Assembly (NCBI GenBank): GCA_965198005.1
Contig: CBDAOI010000003.1
Span: 1,156,109 to 1,220,108 of the forward strand
Origin: Spirochaetia bacterium
Lineage (GTDB): Bacteria > Spirochaetota > Spirochaetia > SZUA-6 > Bin103
Direction of reading: 5' to 3'
Length of the DNA: 64,000 nt
Position 1 is the stretch's first letter, and each line of letters opens with the position of its first letter. Positions 40,336-51,452 of this stretch are shown piece after piece. A model generated the notes under the pieces. The model searched no databases and was not told the origin of the DNA. It was given only the letters and a program-made list of their open reading frames with translations. The translations under genes and the position numbers were made by a program.

Positions 40336-40870
40336 CCGGTCCGTTCTTCCAGCGTCTCCGAGCCCCTCTCCGCCGCCTCGGACGGCGCGCGCCCCGGTCT
40401 TCCCTCGGACTTCGTGTCCACCGCGACTACGAGTGGATGCCGCTGTGGCTCGGTCTGTGCAACCACCGCGAGACTGCCCTCCTGCGCGTGTCCTGAAGGC
40501 CTACACCGCGCTCTGCAGGCGATGACCGGCTGGACCGGCGGCTCGCCGCCTGTACGCTCCTGCACGAATTCGGGCACCGACGCTATCGCCGTGCTGTTCG
40601 ACGACACCGGCGACTCCCGCCCAAGCGCCGCGTTGGAGGCCCTGCAGCACCTCGTATGTTCTGAACTCTGGCCGGCCCCACATCAATCGCGCGCGAAGCC
40701 CGACGATGGCGAAACTCCCCAATCCCCAAGTCCTCCTTCTATCCGTCGCCGCCCGACCAAATTCCCGGCTACTCGACCAGTCCCTCCTCACCACTTCTGC
40801 CACTTCGACTCCAACGGCCCAGCATGTCGTGATTATGCGACAGCCCTACCGAACCCCCGTCAGCGAACCA

Positions 40871-43800
40871 CTATGGCCCTCTTCGCACTGCCGATCTTTG
40901 TGCACTCTGCCGTATGTCTAACGTTAAAAAAACCACCCTAACTTCGCCCCACTCTCCCCCGTAGTAAGCAATAAACCCAGGAGGCCTCGAATCTTCGTGA
41001 GCGATATCTCTGCGCCTACGATACGCGAACCTATTGGGCGCTTCGTCCCTCGCAATCTCCTCCATTATCTGGAGTATTTGATTCGGTCTGTCAACATAAG
41101 AGTACACGACGAGAAAAAACAGGTCGCACGAACAGTAGGCCATCAGTCGAGCAAAATGCCGTTGTATACTTGTACGATCAGCCGCTCCAGAGCGACATAT
41201 AACGGCCTCCAACACTGTTACTGTTGTCGCACCCAATCTCAGCACGATATCTCGCTCACCAGGATTCCCTCGTTCCGTATAGCCACCCCTCATTTGGTCT
41301 CCTACTGACCATCCCAGCAACTCAAGTCGGTGTGTCAAAAGCTCCTTGAGAAACGCATTGAGATCATCTTCACGTGAATCGATTCCTACAGTTCGCATCA
41401 TCGGAACTAGTTCGGTGATACTCGCGGCTGCCGCCCGTACATGGGAAATCACATGCTCGTCAGCCGAACCAGACGGGTGCAATACCTTGGCTTGTTCAAC
41501 ATTATCCATCTGCTTGAGATCAAGTAATGAGTTTTTGACCCTACTTATTGCATCGTCACTAGGCAAGGCGATCACTACACCGGCGTAGGGCGTAGAGCGT
41601 ACCAGGTCGCGTGCCGCACGCAACACATCGGTCTCTCCTACCTGTAGTGTTGCTTGTTCGAGAACCGCCTGAGCTTCGGAGGATCGGTTCAACCTAGCAA
41701 GCGCTACAGCCGAGTTTGCCGCTGCCACATCGCGGAGGGTTGTCGGGTTTATCGATGCAAGAAAATCAAGGGCCGGTTGCGGTTGACCCACCGAAATTAG
41801 CAATTGGGCTTTGTTGCAAGTGTATATTTCCGATTCATCGATGCTGATGGCCCCGTACTGATGCAGCTTGCGCTGTGTATCTGACAGTAGTTGATGGCCG
41901 CGGAGTTTCTGGCTACCTTTTAGTCGCTTGAACGGGTCATGCTCTAGAAGAATACTAAGGCGAGTAGCGAACAGATTGACGAAGTAGGCAAACACGTCCG
42001 GCCTTTCACGGTGAAGGAGGGAAAATACTCGTTCTGCTGCCGCACGGTCTCCGCTTGGGTCGTTGAGGAGAGCAAGTCCCTTGTAGAAACTTATCGCCTC
42101 ATCGGCGGACTGTTGTTCGGCTGGAGCAAGATCCTTCGGTATCTCAGTATTCGCGATCTCGTCCCATTCTTCCCGGAGCAAGTGTAATCGTAGTGTTGTC
42201 CGGAGCCGTGCCACGACTCGTCCCGGGATGGGACCGATCGTACGAAGCTCTCTTTCGAGTTCGATGAATCGTTCGGCTGCATCCGCAAGACCAGCAGACA
42301 GGAGCGTTTCAATGCGTGCCTGAGCATGGGTGAGGGAGAAGACTTCTCCCGCCTCACTTGGCGTTAGCTCCTCAATCCGACGTATAGTCTGATCTCGCGT
42401 ATTGTGGGGAGCGAACTGTAGGAGCTGCGCAAGCAGCATAGGCTCGTCGGTCTCCAACACCGCGGCCAGGACCCGATCCCTGTCGTTCGCCGAGAGCGCG
42501 TCAATCGCCGACCCGATATCGGCAGCGATTGGGCGACCGGAATGGCCGTCGGAACCGTACTCTTCATAATGGGGAGAAAAGGCTGTGATTCTGCCTTTTT
42601 CGTGATGCGCAAGCGCCCCGGTCCGTATCGCGGTCACCAGTGCGCTTGTGATCTCCTCGGGCACAGATCCTGAAAAGGCCGAGATCGCCCCACTCAACGT
42701 ACGAATGTGCGTGCGTATCGACCCCCCGAGGTCGAATACAATCGAATATCGGTCTTCCTCCGAGCATTCCTCCAACGCACTAACTGTATCAATAGGATAA
42801 AGGAAACGCGAAAATGACGTGGGCGGTGCACGCGATGCGATTCTCGCGAGCGTCGCTGCTGCAGTAGTGCTCAATCTAACCGACCGGCGCACAGGACTGG
42901 TTGATCCAACGAGACTACTGTAGGCATCGACGAATGGCATCGGATCTACTTCATCTGAGAGATCTCCACAGTCGACAATGTCTACAGCAGCGCTAAACTT
43001 TGCTGTCTCAAGTTCGGAATAGGAAGAAGCAAACAGCGCGTCAACCATCGCTCGCAGCACCTCTCTTGACTGTTGAGAGAGTTCATTCCGCAGAGTAGTA
43101 AGCAGCGATTCACCAGTCTCCATGTGGTCAGGCACGCTGTAGGGGACGTTCTCGTGAAACCACTCCATCAGTGAAGCTGCCTCTTTAGGATTCGTATCAC
43201 CCCGTGCCAAGAAATGACCCAACACGGATACCGCATCAGCGAATGCCATCGATTTTGTGGTCTTGTTATCACGGTCGATTAGATCACGATCCCACGCTCC
43301 GGAATATTGCGTTCGTTTTGCAATAAGCAGGCACGCTACTGCCGTCGTAGCGGGATGGAGCAGCAAGTCCGCCAGAAGTAGCGTCTTGCCGCGAAGCTGA
43401 AGTACGAGAATGAAGAAAATATCTGCGCTCTCTATTGCTAACTCGATCAGGCGCTTCGCTACTGGATCCGGAGCAGGACCATCGTTGTCGGTCTCTACAA
43501 CTGAAAGAATCAGCGATACCAGCCATGCTATATCTCCGTGTTCTCTCATTCTATTGACACCAGTAACGTCAAAGACCCAAGCAACGCGATCCACCAGGCT
43601 TTCAGGGACGGTAGGAATCCGTGATGCGATGGTGTCCACAGTCTCGTTGTTTACGAGAGCATACTTCTTGATGAGTTCGTTTCGCGCCTCCTCCCATCCG
43701 CAGATTCCCCGGTCTGACTCAAGAACGGTGAAGGCGGCTTCCCGGAACGTTGCCACCGCGTCCTCATCCCACACCACATGAGGCACGAACGAGGGATGCC

Positions 43801-44428
43801 CCAGTTTTTTCCACCGATCAAACCAGACGCGGAGCGCAGTAGCCTGACTATCGGAGTCTGTCGGTATTCGATCCCACAGCCGGGCAGCAACCCAATCAGG
43901 AGACTGGCACCCAACTCGTTCCGGCCTGAGCTCGTTGTTTCTAATCTTCGTAGTGACGTCATCTAGTTCCGGGTGTCTACCTGGTTTGATGGTCACCCGA
44001 TAGGTCTCTTCGAAGCGGCTTTTCAAGAGGGAGCAGAGCGCACTCATCGCTGGAGTGGCTGCCTCGGCTGCTCGAACGAGATCAAATGATGCGGAGATTC
44101 GGCCCCAGACTACGGTCAGCCATCCGGCGTCAATCAACTCCTCTAGACTCGGTTCGTTCGATGTCGCGGAGAGATTCGAGCTATACGTGGCGCGTGCGCT
44201 ATCGAGATCGCTCGCGAAATCGATGCTGAGGTTGAGCAGAAGCCGGAGCATCAATTCGTCGGATAGAGTGACATCGTGATGAACACGACGACCGGCTTGG
44301 GAGCTGCTATCCGACGTAAGGTATCGCGCCAGTCTATCGCGCAGAATGCCGCGAGTCGCGGCAGGAGAGTGCTCTATGCTCGAGAAACGCGCCAGCACCC
44401 TACCCCAGAGTGTGGCCGACAGCGTCAT
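40871..44428 (-). CDS. Large hypothetical protein with helical/TPR-like body and C-terminal restriction-endonuclease-like domain
   Basis: About 1185-aa open frame in lower-GC DNA; REDD...DQMRGG...GERDIVL...VLEA motif. Confidence 0.7.
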   Translation of the reverse strand: MTLSATLWGRVLARFSSIEHSPAATRGILRDRLARYLTSDSSSQAGRRVHHDVTLSDELMLRLLLNLSIDFASDLDSARATYSSNLSATSNEPSLEELIDAGWLTVVWGRISASFDLVRAAEAATPAMSALCSLLKSRFEETYRVTIKPGRHPELDDVTTKIRNNELRPERVGCQSPDWVAARLWDRIPTDSDSQATALRVWFDRWKKLGHPSFVPHVVWDEDAVATFREAAFTVLESDRGICGWEEARNELIKKYALVNNETVDTIASRIPTVPESLVDRVAWVFDVTGVNRMREHGDIAWLVSLILSVVETDNDGPAPDPVAKRLIELAIESADIFFILVLQLRGKTLLLADLLLHPATTAVACLLIAKRTQYSGAWDRDLIDRDNKTTKSMAFADAVSVLGHFLARGDTNPKEAASLMEWFHENVPYSVPDHMETGESLLTTLRNELSQQSREVLRAMVDALFASSYSELETAKFSAAVDIVDCGDLSDEVDPMPFVDAYSSLVGSTSPVRRSVRLSTTAAATLARIASRAPPTSFSRFLYPIDTVSALEECSEEDRYSIVFDLGGSIRTHIRTLSGAISAFSGSVPEEITSALVTAIRTGALAHHEKGRITAFSPHYEEYGSDGHSGRPIAADIGSAIDALSANDRDRVLAAVLETDEPMLLAQLLQFAPHNTRDQTIRRIEELTPSEAGEVFSLTHAQARIETLLSAGLADAAERFIELERELRTIGPIPGRVVARLRTTLRLHLLREEWDEIANTEIPKDLAPAEQQSADEAISFYKGLALLNDPSGDRAAAERVFSLLHRERPDVFAYFVNLFATRLSILLEHDPFKRLKGSQKLRGHQLLSDTQRKLHQYGAISIDESEIYTCNKAQLLISVGQPQPALDFLASINPTTLRDVAAANSAVALARLNRSSEAQAVLEQATLQVGETDVLRAARDLVRSTPYAGVVIALPSDDAISRVKNSLLDLKQMDNVEQAKVLHPSGSADEHVISHVRAAAASITELVPMMRTVGIDSREDDLNAFLKELLTHRLELLGWSVGDQMRGGYTERGNPGERDIVLRLGATTVTVLEAVICRSGAADRTSIQRHFARLMAYCSCDLFFLVVYSYVDRPNQILQIMEEIARDEAPNRFAYRRRRDIAHEDSRPPGFIAYYGGEWGEVRVVFLTLDIRQSAQRSAVRRGP

Positions 44429-44696
44429 GTCGCCAAACAAACGCGGTTACGAGCCACCGCGCCTTTGCTCGTCCTCTGCCTCTTTCGGAACCACTGCGTG
44501 AGCCGTCGGCTGCGTAAGGGAGGGGTAGAGGGTTCACACGGCGCAACCCTTCCCCCGCGACCGTCTTCCTCACAACAGGCCTGGAATTCCACACCGACAG
44601 TTCACCGTACCACCCGGGGGCGCGTACCGGGGAGTCGCAGCAGTCGCGGATCTGCGCACAACGATCATGGGATCGACTTCGCATGGTTGCGCCAGC

Positions 44697-47600
44697 TCAG
44701 AGTGCGGACGTGTCAAGCAGCACGTCAACCAACTCTGCCACGACGGTCAACTCGCCATCATCCGCGCCGGAGATGACGATGGGATCGAACTCAGGATTGA
44801 CCGGTTTCAGGGTGATCTTGGCATGGCGCCAGGAGCCTCCGTCCGCGACTCGCTCGCTCTGGTATCGCTTGAGAGTGTATCGCGCACCGGTCTCAGGATC
44901 GACCGCGCCGCGAAGCTGCACCAGCACGGTCTTGCCCTGCCTGCTTCCCTCCACCGGCGAGCGGAACAGGGCATACGCACCATCGGGAACGGAGGGCTCC
45001 ATCGACCGGCCCGTGACTTGGGCGACGAACATACCCGGTCGCAGCCGCCGTGCGGTGTCCACCTCCACCCACTCCCATTCTCCTTCGGCCTCCACGGTCT
45101 GGGGATCGCCGAATGCGCTGGCTGCCACCTCCAGCGGAACGAGAGGAACGCAGGTCACGTAGCGTTCATCGGGAAGCCCGGCGACGATGCGCAAGCCGCC
45201 GTGCACCGGTTCCGCGGGTACTTCGCCAGTATCCCGGAGCCGCCGGTACGCCTGCGACGACAGCCACTCGCTCACCACGTCCCTGAACTCGTCGTCGTTC
45301 ATGTAGCGAACGTAGATGTCTTCGTTCTGATCCAACCGCTCCACGAACAGGCGCTCGATCAGGCTGCGGAACACCAGATCGAACTTGCCCTCGGGATTGA
45401 CCGCGGCGGTCTGGCGCAGCTCGTCGTCGGCGACCGCAGCCTCGACGATCTGGTCGAAGAAGAGCTGGTCGGCCTCGTTGAAGTCGGTGCCGAACCGCTG
45501 GTTGACGACGTCGATGAGCTGCGACAGCGGGACCGACTCCTCGTGCGCGGCGCCGCTGCCGACCTCGGTAGGTCCATCGAGAGGGTGCCCGTCACCGGTG
45601 CCCAAGACAATCGAGCCTTCGCCGATCTTCTGCAGCCGGTAGTACTCGAGACTCACGTTGTCGTCGAATTGGTACGCCGGCCCCGAGCGGCGGCGCGGGA
45701 GCTTGGCGGCGAGGTGGCGCAGGTAGACGTAGAGCCGCTCAAGGTCGGAGTCCTGATAGGGGATCACCTGGCTCAGAAATCGGTAAAGGTTGCGGAACGC
45801 GTAGACCTTGCCGCGCCAAAGCTCGGCCTCCGTCTCGTTCTCCTTCAAGAGCGCTGCAAAGCGCGACACCGCCGGATCCAACGCGGCGTTCATCGCCCGG
45901 TGATCCGCCGGGCTCTGGCGCTGCCTGGGCTTGAAGTACACCGCACAGAAGCGTTCGACCTCCTCGGCGAGGTACCCGCCGGATGCGTCGAGTTCGGCCT
46001 TGATTGCGTACATGCGCGCCGGATCGACTTCCGCACCCATCTCGGCGCCCTCGTAGTAGGTGGCGAACGCTTCCTGAATCTCGTCGCGGTGGTTCACGAA
46101 GTCGAGCACGAAGGTGTCTTCCTTGTGCGCGTGGGTGCGATTGAGCCGGGACAGAGTCTGCACCGCCTGGATACCGGCGAGGCGTTTGTCGACGTACATG
46201 GTGTGCAGCAGGGGCTGATCGAAGCCCGTCTGGTACTTCTCGGCCACCAGCAGCACCTGATATTCCGGCGTCGCGAAGTGCTCCGGCAACTCCTTCTCGC
46301 GGATGCCGGCGTTCATCTGCTCCTCTGTGTAGGACACGCCTGCCACCCGGTCGTCGCGGACCTCACCCGAGAAGGCGACCAGCGACTTGATCGGATAGCC
46401 CTTGCTCGTGATGTAGCGGTCGAAGCTCTGCTTGTAACGTACCGCCTCAAGACGCGATCCGGTCACCACCATCGCCTTGGCGCGGCCCCGGATCCGGTGG
46501 CGGGTGACCGTGTTGAAGTGCTCGACAATGACCTCGGTCTTCTGCGCGATGTTGTGCGGGTGCAGCCGTACGAATCGGGCAAGTGCCTTGGCTGCGTTCT
46601 TCCGCTCCACGTGGGGATCGTCCACACACTCCTTGAGCAGCCGGTAGTAGGTGGCGTAGGTCGTGTAGTGCTTGAGGACGTCCAGGATGAACCCCTCCTC
46701 GATCGCCTGCCGCATGGTGTAGCGATGCGCGGGCCTGCCGTCCCATCCGAAGACTTTCAGCGTCTTGTGCTTCGGCGTCGCCGTGAAGGCCAAGAAGCTC
46801 AGGTTGGCCTGCCGGCCGCGCTTGGCCATGCTGAGGAACAGTTCCTGCACGTGCTCACCTTCGAGGCCCTCCTCGGCGGCGCGTTGCCGAGCTTGCGCAC
46901 GTAGCGCTTCGCCTCCCAGGACCTCCTTGAGCGCGGTCGCGGTTTCACCGCCCTGGGAGCTGTGCGCTTCGTCGATGATCACAGCGCAACGGCGGGTCGG
47001 CAGCACGCCCGTCGCCTCCGTGCCTCCTTCTTCGGCCATCGCGAGAAGCTGGCGCGAGACGAAGGGGAACTTCTGCAGCGTGGTGATGATGATCGGGACC
47101 GCCATCGCCAGCGCTTCGGCGAGCTGTCGCGAGTTCTCGTCGATCTTCTGCACTACGCCGCGCTTGTGGTCGAACTGGTAGATGGTGTCCTGGAGTTGCT
47201 GGTCGAGCACGACGCGATCGGTCACCACGATCACGCTGTCGAACACGCGGGCGTTGTGCGTGTCGTGCAGCGAAGCCAGGCGATGAGTGAGCCATGCGAT
47301 GGTGTTGCTCTTGCCGCTCCCCGCCGAGTGTTCGACCAGGGCGTTGTGTCCGACCCCTTCGCGACGCGCGGAATCCACCAGGAGGCGCACCGCTTCGAGT
47401 TGGTGATAGCGGGGAACGACCATCGTCTCGACCTTCGCCCGGCGTCCCCGGTCGTCCCGTTTCTCTTCCACTTGCAGATGTACGAAGCGCGCCAGGAGGT
47501 CGAGCAGGCTGTCCCGGTGCAGCACCTCCTCCCACAGATACGAGGTGCGGTAGCTGCGCCCACTCAGATCGGGCGGGTTGCCGGCGCCGCCGTCGCAGCC

Positions 47601-48245
47601 GCGGTCGAAGGGAAGAAAGTGGGTGGCGTCGCCGGCGAGGCGCGTGGTCATCAGCACCGACTCGGTGTCCACCGCAAAGTGCACGAGGGTGCGCCGCTTG
47701 AAGCTGAAGATCGGCACGCGCGGATCACGATCCTCCCGGTACTGCTGGCGTGCGTCCTCGACGCTCTGTCCCGTCAGAGGATTCTTCAACTCCAGGGTGA
47801 CGACCGGGATCCCGTTGACGCTCAGCGTCACGTCGAGCGACTGCTCCGTACGTGGCGAAAAATGAAGCTGGCGGGTCAGCCCGAGGCGGTTGGCCGCGTA
47901 GCGTGCGTCCAGCTCCGGATTCAACTCGTGCGCCGCCTTGAAGAACGCGGCATGCAAGGTCCTGCCGTAGCACTTGAACCCATGCCGGAGCGTCGCCAAG
48001 GCGCCGTGGGTATCCATCCAACCGCACAGATCGCGCAAGATCTGCGCACCGGTCTGCTCCCCTAGTAAGGCTTCAAGTCGGGCCCATTCCTTGGACTGTG
48101 TTTCGCGGATGAAACCGAGCGTGATCTCGGGGAAGATCGCACGTTCCCGGTCGAAGCCGTCGTTCGGCACCGGCACGTACCCGTGCGCCAGCAGGTGCGC
48201 CTCGATCACCGTTTCGAACGCCGCTTCCCCGGTTCGTTCCGTCAC
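44697..48245 (-). CDS. hsdR: Type I restriction endonuclease subunit R with C-terminal S24/LexA-like domain
   Basis: D....NGIP....[36 protein letters not shown] at 48245 overlaps the ptuB stop. Confidence 0.95.
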   Translation of the reverse strand: MTERTGEAAFETVIEAHLLAHGYVPVPNDGFDRERAIFPEITLGFIRETQSKEWARLEALLGEQTGAQILRDLCGWMDTHGALATLRHGFKCYGRTLHAAFFKAAHELNPELDARYAANRLGLTRQLHFSPRTEQSLDVTLSVNGIPVVTLELKNPLTGQSVEDARQQYREDRDPRVPIFSFKRRTLVHFAVDTESVLMTTRLAGDATHFLPFDRGCDGGAGNPPDLSGRSYRTSYLWEEVLHRDSLLDLLARFVHLQVEEKRDDRGRRAKVETMVVPRYHQLEAVRLLVDSARREGVGHNALVEHSAGSGKSNTIAWLTHRLASLHDTHNARVFDSVIVVTDRVVLDQQLQDTIYQFDHKRGVVQKIDENSRQLAEALAMAVPIIITTLQKFPFVSRQLLAMAEEGGTEATGVLPTRRCAVIIDEAHSSQGGETATALKEVLGGEALRAQARQRAAEEGLEGEHVQELFLSMAKRGRQANLSFLAFTATPKHKTLKVFGWDGRPAHRYTMRQAIEEGFILDVLKHYTTYATYYRLLKECVDDPHVERKNAAKALARFVRLHPHNIAQKTEVIVEHFNTVTRHRIRGRAKAMVVTGSRLEAVRYKQSFDRYITSKGYPIKSLVAFSGEVRDDRVAGVSYTEEQMNAGIREKELPEHFATPEYQVLLVAEKYQTGFDQPLLHTMYVDKRLAGIQAVQTLSRLNRTHAHKEDTFVLDFVNHRDEIQEAFATYYEGAEMGAEVDPARMYAIKAELDASGGYLAEEVERFCAVYFKPRQRQSPADHRAMNAALDPAVSRFAALLKENETEAELWRGKVYAFRNLYRFLSQVIPYQDSDLERLYVYLRHLAAKLPRRRSGPAYQFDDNVSLEYYRLQKIGEGSIVLGTGDGHPLDGPTEVGSGAAHEESVPLSQLIDVVNQRFGTDFNEADQLFFDQIVEAAVADDELRQTAAVNPEGKFDLVFRSLIERLFVERLDQNEDIYVRYMNDDEFRDVVSEWLSSQAYRRLRDTGEVPAEPVHGGLRIVAGLPDERYVTCVPLVPLEVAASAFGDPQTVEAEGEWEWVEVDTARRLRPGMFVAQVTGRSMEPSVPDGAYALFRSPVEGSRQGKTVLVQLRGAVDPETGARYTLKRYQSERVADGGSWRHAKITLKPVNPEFDPIVISGADDGELTVVAELVDVLLDTSAL

Positions 48246-48886
48246 CGTCGTCCCCCTGTGGGCCGCGCGAGTTTTCTGTTCAGCCACCAGATGCCCACAT
48301 GTACGTAGGGATCGAGGCGCCGGGGCGTGTTGCGGCGCGCAATTTCGCGCTCAACGCGCTGCCTCGGTACCGGTCTCCGCTGGCGCCGCCACCAATGGAG
48401 GACCGCATCCAGGATCGCCTTGCGATGATTCCTGATCCGCGGCAGGTTCAGGTTGAGCACGCCGTTGAGTTGCTGGTGGAACACCGGATCGTCGGACCGC
48501 ATCGTACCGTCATTTGCGTAGCTGATTCGATCCTCTATGCGGCGCAGCGGGTCCGCTGGATTCCACCGCAAGTCTCGATCCCCCTTCCGCGTGTCACAAT
48601 ATTGCAAGCGAAAAGGCTGGCCCTCACCGCCGCGACAGGCGGCAAGCAGATTCTGATAGTCGAGTTCCTCGCCCGGATAAGCGACCCTGCTTCGCCAGTG
48701 CTCGATCTTCATGGCGTTGGCCTCGCTCGCGATTCGGCACATGCAATAACAACACAGCCCGCGCTGTTCTGCCACCAGTGCCTCCCGCAGAGCGTCTTTG
48801 TCCTCATAGTTGTCGTAGGCACCGTGCGGCGTACTGCGATGGGTCGTGAGGCTTGCCGGTTCCGGACCCTTCACGATCGACCTCAT
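48242..48886 (-). CDS. ptuB: PtuB-like HNH endonuclease (TIGR02646-like)
   Basis: [30 protein letters not shown]. Confidence 0.85.
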   Translation of the reverse strand: MRSIVKGPEPASLTTHRSTPHGAYDNYEDKDALREALVAEQRGLCCYCMCRIASEANAMKIEHWRSRVAYPGEELDYQNLLAACRGGEGQPFRLQYCDTRKGDRDLRWNPADPLRRIEDRISYANDGTMRSDDPVFHQQLNGVLNLNLPRIRNHRKAILDAVLHWWRRQRRPVPRQRVEREIARRNTPRRLDPYVHVGIWWLNRKLARPTGGRR

Positions 48887-50103
48887 TCGCCCTCTTCCAG
48901 GAACTCCAGGAGCGTACGAATCCGCGTCACCTCCGGATCATCGCTTCCGACCTTCTCGATCAACTGAGTCAACGACCGCCGGGCGCGCCCAAACGCATCG
49001 CGATCGATCTCACCGTTGATACGGGCAAGGAGTTCCAGTACTTCCCTGGTGCGCGGATCGGCCTCCATGATCTCCTCCAGCACGCGGCTGGAGTCGACGC
49101 CGAAGGAGTGTGTCGGCGAGAACGCCCCGTCCTCGGTAAGGATCTGGATGCGGTCGTGCTCGACTTCGCCGATCACCTGCGGCGAGTGCGTGGTAGCGAT
49201 GAACTGACAGCGGGGAAACGTCTCCGTGAGCTTGCGTGCGATCTGGCGCTGCCACTTCGGGTGCAGCAGGAGATCGATCTCGTCCATCAACACCACGGCG
49301 CCCGCCTCAGCGGCCGGATCGGTCAGTCCGGGGTTCGCCTCGCCCAGCCGTCGGGTGAGATCCAGCACCACGGCCAGTATGCTCCGCTCGCCGTGCGACA
49401 GGTGGAGCACCGGCAGCGACGCCCCGTGGCGGTCGATAAGCAGCGTCCGATCATCGGATCCGCCAAGATGCAGGTGGCCGTAACCAGGAAGGAAGCGTCG
49501 TGCCGCACGTTCCACGCCGATCAAGGCCGCGGCGTTGAAGGTCTGCCTCACTCTCATCCAGTTCGCGAAGTAGCCCAACGGAACCTCCCGATCCGAAAGG
49601 GCGCCTTCGTATGCCCGCGAGACCCCGCCCATGGGCTTCGGCGGCCACCGTTCTGTCACCGCTAATCGCACTGCCCGAGTCGGCGAGTACATAACCGCCA
49701 AGGGCCGCCCTTGTGACTCCACTGCTTCGATTTCGGGGCGAGTGCTTGGGGCGACGGGAGGCTGCGCGCCGATAAACCCTTTCCTCCCCGGTCGCATTTC
49801 GCTCTGACTACGAATCTGGTGCACCACAAAGTGGTACGACGATCGTGCGGCATCGAGACTGCACCCGACGTCCAGGGATTCCGCCTCCACGCGAATATCG
49901 TCATCGCTGAACGGCTTTGGCGCCCCCACGTTGGACCTGTTATATACCCGTTCGAACTCGAACAGGCAGATCGCCAACGCGTCGATAAGCGTCGTCTTGC
50001 CGACGCCGTTCTCGCCCACTACCACGTTGAAACCAGGCTGGAAGCGCAACTCGGCCGTCATGATGGAGCGGACATTCGTCAACTTGATACTGGTGACTTT
50101 CAT
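48883..50103 (-). CDS. ptuA: PtuA-like ABC-type ATPase
   Basis: GENGVGKT, LSHGERS, VVLMDEIDLLLHPKWQ, FIATTHSP, SS.VLEEIM. Confidence 0.85.
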   Translation of the reverse strand: MKVTSIKLTNVRSIMTAELRFQPGFNVVVGENGVGKTTLIDALAICLFEFERVYNRSNVGAPKPFSDDDIRVEAESLDVGCSLDAARSSYHFVVHQIRSQSEMRPGRKGFIGAQPPVAPSTRPEIEAVESQGRPLAVMYSPTRAVRLAVTERWPPKPMGGVSRAYEGALSDREVPLGYFANWMRVRQTFNAAALIGVERAARRFLPGYGHLHLGGSDDRTLLIDRHGASLPVLHLSHGERSILAVVLDLTRRLGEANPGLTDPAAEAGAVVLMDEIDLLLHPKWQRQIARKLTETFPRCQFIATTHSPQVIGEVEHDRIQILTEDGAFSPTHSFGVDSSRVLEEIMEADPRTREVLELLARINGEIDRDAFGRARRSLTQLIEKVGSDDPEVTRIRTLLEFLEEGE

Positions 50104-51416
50104 GACACCTGATCCACTTCGATCTGCCCGGTTACCGCACCCGCGATCAGGGCCGATCGGCGCTCCACTATGAGCGCGTGCGCGAGTGTAACAGACTCCT
50201 TTAGAGTGTCAATTCCATCTCCCTCTCTCTGCAAATATCTCACGATTTCTTGCTGCTCGCCAACCGGCGGAACCGGAAGGTTCACTGCGAAGAACCCATC
50301 GGGATATAGGCGTAAGCGTGAAGACCATACACCCATGGAATAACGCGTAACCTCCTGTGCGAAGACGCGCAAGCGAACCAGCGCATCAATGTACGTCGGA
50401 TCCAGCTCTTTCGTCGGCGCATATACGTTGTACGCTGGGCTAACGATGCCATCTACAAACGCGACTCCCATTGCGCCCATCCAAGCCCAGAGTGTATTGA
50501 TCACCAAATCGCCACGGAGACATATCTTGTACCCTTCCGTAGTCTCGGCCTCGAACATGTTGACTTCCTTCTCAGAGCGAGGTGTCACGCCAGTCAGGTG
50601 GGATACCGTTAGAAGCTCCTCGCACCCCGTTGCTGATCGTTGATCCCTCTCACGAAACAGCCAACGAGCTCGCTCCGTATCCCAGTGCTCCGGGATCTCG
50701 CCCAGCCATCCTATGCCGGAATCGCGGAACGAAGCGTCGGGATTCAGCCCGCGTGTGACAGCACGAGTGATCAGCGCTTGGCGCTTCTCCTTTAGCAGGC
50801 TCAGCAACCGTTTCTTCTCCGCTAACAGTGCATCCAGCCGTTCCGTCTCCCGGTCCAGGTAGGTAGCTATGGCGCGTTGCTTGGTCCTATCGGGTAACGG
50901 AACGGACACATTGCCGATAGAGTCCCACTCAGCGCGTGGCATCTTCGATCCAAAGGTCGAAGCATTTACCGTGTCGACAAACTCACTCCAAAGGCAGATG
51001 TACATAAGGAATCGAGGTTCTACCTCCACCGGCCTCATAACCAAGAACTCGGTAGAAGACTGTCCGGAAAAATCAGCGACCCATGCTTTTGCGAGATATG
51101 GGCGCAGCTTTCCGAATAGTACATCTCCGGGCTCGAAAACATTACTGAGCGAGGCGGGGTAGACTACAGTGGTCGCGGTGCCATCATCAGCCGCTGTCGC
51201 GTTGAGAAGCCTTCCCGTCCGTGACTCAATGTTCTCCAAACCGATATACGGCCTGTCATCGTTACCTCCATCAATGCGTAACTGTCGAAGCGACACGACG
51301 TGCTTTAGGCGCTTACCTTCGAATGGTAGTCTCAGCAGTCTCAGCTTGTTATTCTCGTCATGATGGCTCATCTGTCGCCTCAGAGAAAGCCGACCGATTT
51401 GCTCTTTTGTTTCCAA
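50100..51416 (-). CDS. hsdS: Type I R-M specificity subunit S
   Basis: Two TRDs with conserved P....Q..I..YLD and RQALITRAVT.G repeats; start may be near 51371. Confidence 0.92.
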   Translation of the reverse strand: METKEQIGRLSLRRQMSHHDENNKLRLLRLPFEGKRLKHVVSLRQLRIDGGNDDRPYIGLENIESRTGRLLNATAADDGTATTVVYPASLSNVFEPGDVLFGKLRPYLAKAWVADFSGQSSTEFLVMRPVEVEPRFLMYICLWSEFVDTVNASTFGSKMPRAEWDSIGNVSVPLPDRTKQRAIATYLDRETERLDALLAEKKRLLSLLKEKRQALITRAVTRGLNPDASFRDSGIGWLGEIPEHWDTERARWLFRERDQRSATGCEELLTVSHLTGVTPRSEKEVNMFEAETTEGYKICLRGDLVINTLWAWMGAMGVAFVDGIVSPAYNVYAPTKELDPTYIDALVRLRVFAQEVTRYSMGVWSSRLRLYPDGFFAVNLPVPPVGEQQEIVRYLQREGDGIDTLKESVTLAHALIVERRSALIAGAVTGQIEVDQVS

Positions 51417-51452
51417 GACCCGGCCAGACCGCCTTACACGGAAGCGGAAGAT

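Noticed and set aside
40336-40870. Missing N-terminus of the Rpn-like gene, or another gene
   Set aside because: No frame gave a recognisable motif; it may be degraded DNA but no call can be supported.
40871-50103. Retron associated with PtuAB
   Set aside because: No ORF with reverse transcriptase motifs (YADD-like) and no clear msr/msd inverted repeats were seen in the window.
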